DNA of 64,000 nucleotides from a virus, in IMG/VR virus record IMGVR_UViG_3300044826_000112; one strand, given 5' to 3'. Of this stretch, positions 62,561 through 64,000 are shown one piece after another. Below the pieces are notes generated by a model. It had not been told where the DNA came from and made no database searches. It saw only the letters and a list, made by a program, of their open reading frames with translations. Every line of letters begins with the position of its first letter. Within the stretch, counting starts at the first letter, position 1. Made by a program: the position numbers and the translations under genes.

Positions 62561-64000
62561 TTATCCTCCGTTAACTACGAAGCGGTTAAGCAGGAATTTC
62601 TGTGTGGTGGACAGGTTGAAAGTATCGTTGATAGTTCCAGAGGCCACTTCCAGGTTCTTGTTTACTGCTGCGTAGGGAATCTCGATTGGGGTTACGATAC
62701 CCTTGATCCCTGCGTCATCCAGGATGGCTGTCAGCTCCGATACGTAGAAGATGCCACCACGTTTGATGCCTTCGACATACTCACGAACAGCCTTCTCAGT
62801 TGTCACTGCATCGTACACCACAGGGCTGTGAGTACTGATGTTAACATCAAGCTGCACCGGTTCAAACCCGCGGGCCATGTAGTTAGCACAAACGACGCGG
62901 TTTAGCTTAGCCTTCAGGTATTCCTCGATGTCGCTGATGCCCACGAAGGACTTCACGATCAAGGATGCAGTGCTGTCTTTGTGCATATCGCCAAAGGAGA
63001 TCTTCAGTTGCTGACGAGCAGACAGACCAAAGTCCTTCAGAGGGTTTACTGGCACGCCATTGTTGTAGCGAGTACCTTCAGAGATCGTTACGGACATAGG
63101 AGCATTAGCAGGCACCAAGTCGTCTACCCCATCTGGATCACCTGTTACTGGCGAGCGAGATACGTGATAGATCGGACCCTGGATGTACACATCGCCGTGT
63201 TCATCGGTGATGTACTGCTTGACGGTCTTGGTGATTGGCGTACTGCAATACACATCGACGTGTCCACCAGACTTGTAGGTGATGTGTCCGCCCGGGGCGT
63301 CCGGATCGTTGATAGTTACCTGGTCACGGTACATCTCCTTGTCACCATGGCCAACCACGAGAATATCCCGTACATAGTCAAAGACGTCATGTAGACGAGC
63401 CTCGACAGATGGGTCGTTGATCAGGTTACGAGTAGAGATAGCCGTCGGAGCACGGGTTACCATCTCAGTGTTCTTCTCACGAGCCACAGCTGCCTTCTCA
63501 AGGTATAAAACGGTACCTTTGATGAAGTACGGGGAGAAAATCGTGAAGTAGATCAGGTCGCCTTCCTCAAGGCTGTAGTCTTCTGACGGAGCCTCAGAGA
63601 TCAGGGACAGGTCGGCATACCACAGATCTTCCGCAGAGTCGTACTGCATGTAAGTAACGCCTGGCACCGGTGTGTTTGTCGGAGGATCTACCGTCAGGGA
63701 TGCCTGTGGGTAGAACTTACGCTCGTTATCCGTGGAGAAGTACGCTGTAGATGGGATCTGCAGGGACTGTGGACGGTTGCCCGGGAAGGCAAAGTACAGA
63801 CGAGCACGCACAACGGAGTTCTCACCAGCCTTACGGGTGATGAAGAAGTTGGACAGGATCTTATCAGCCGTCTCTTCTGGCGTATCGTTGGTGATATCCT
63901 TGATGGACATCTGTTCGAAGTACACAGCGATTGCCTTGTTAACTAACGCAATAAGCGTAGCACTAGGACGGATCACCATGTCTCGCACACCGGTACCTTG
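62561..64000 (-). CDS. baseplate J-like protein (5'-partial)
   Basis: N.FITRK.G; E.N.E...RA..AISTRNL; GGHVDVY. Confidence 0.7.
   Translation of the reverse strand, partial: QGTGVRDMVIRPSATLIALVNKAIAVYFEQMSIKDITNDTPEETADKILSNFFITRKAGENSVVRARLYFAFPGNRPQSLQIPSTAYFSTDNERKFYPQASLTVDPPTNTPVPGVTYMQYDSAEDLWYADLSLISEAPSEDYSLEEGDLIYFTIFSPYFIKGTVLYLEKAAVAREKNTEMVTRAPTAISTRNLINDPSVEARLHDVFDYVRDILVVGHGDKEMYRDQVTINDPDAPGGHITYKSGGHVDVYCSTPITKTVKQYITDEHGDVYIQGPIYHVSRSPVTGDPDGVDDLVPANAPMSVTISEGTRYNNGVPVNPLKDFGLSARQQLKISFGDMHKDSTASLIVKSFVGISDIEEYLKAKLNRVVCANYMARGFEPVQLDVNISTHSPVVYDAVTTEKAVREYVEGIKRGGIFYVSELTAILDDAGIKGIVTPIEIPYAAVNKNLEVASGTINDTFNLSTTQKFLLNRFVVNGG

Overview
64 kb of a large lytic dsDNA phage genome. 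The host is probably a gammaproteobacterium, inferred from the HU, NrdA/NrdB, ArfA and lipoprotein sequences. Nearly all genes from 1 to 58.5 kb lie on the + strand (accessory, metabolic and tRNA region). A convergent - strand lysis/baseplate module starts at 58.5 kb. Recognisable genes include P22AR-N, KilA-N and AntA-type DNA-binding proteins, HU, an RlaP-type nucleotidyltransferase, a Macro domain, Acb2, a DUF1874/AcrIII-1-like protein, TerB, an RNA ligase, DHFR, an unannotated ArfA, YqeY, SPFH, an alarmone-hydrolase-type HD protein, Ro60/TROVE, a RuvC-like nuclease, NrdA/NrdB/NrdD, dNMP kinase, an M15 endolysin, a holin and baseplate proteins. There are 27 tRNAs covering all 20 amino acids. 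The most unusual content is non-coding. (1) A ~515-nt transcription unit directly after Ro60 consists of four tandem, structurally homologous RNA domains sharing a GAGG-(U/C)(A/U)A-CCUC hairpin followed by A(C/U)UC. (2) Several tRNA-like RNAs are present: anticodon-less, D-arm-less, oversized and mini CCA-ended forms. (3) A ~430-nt structured RNA is closed by a 24-bp stem. (4) A ~355-bp palindromic, origin-like element occurs twice, 38.2 kb apart. All protein calls come from motif recognition by eye, and all RNA structures were paired by hand. No searches or folding programs were run.
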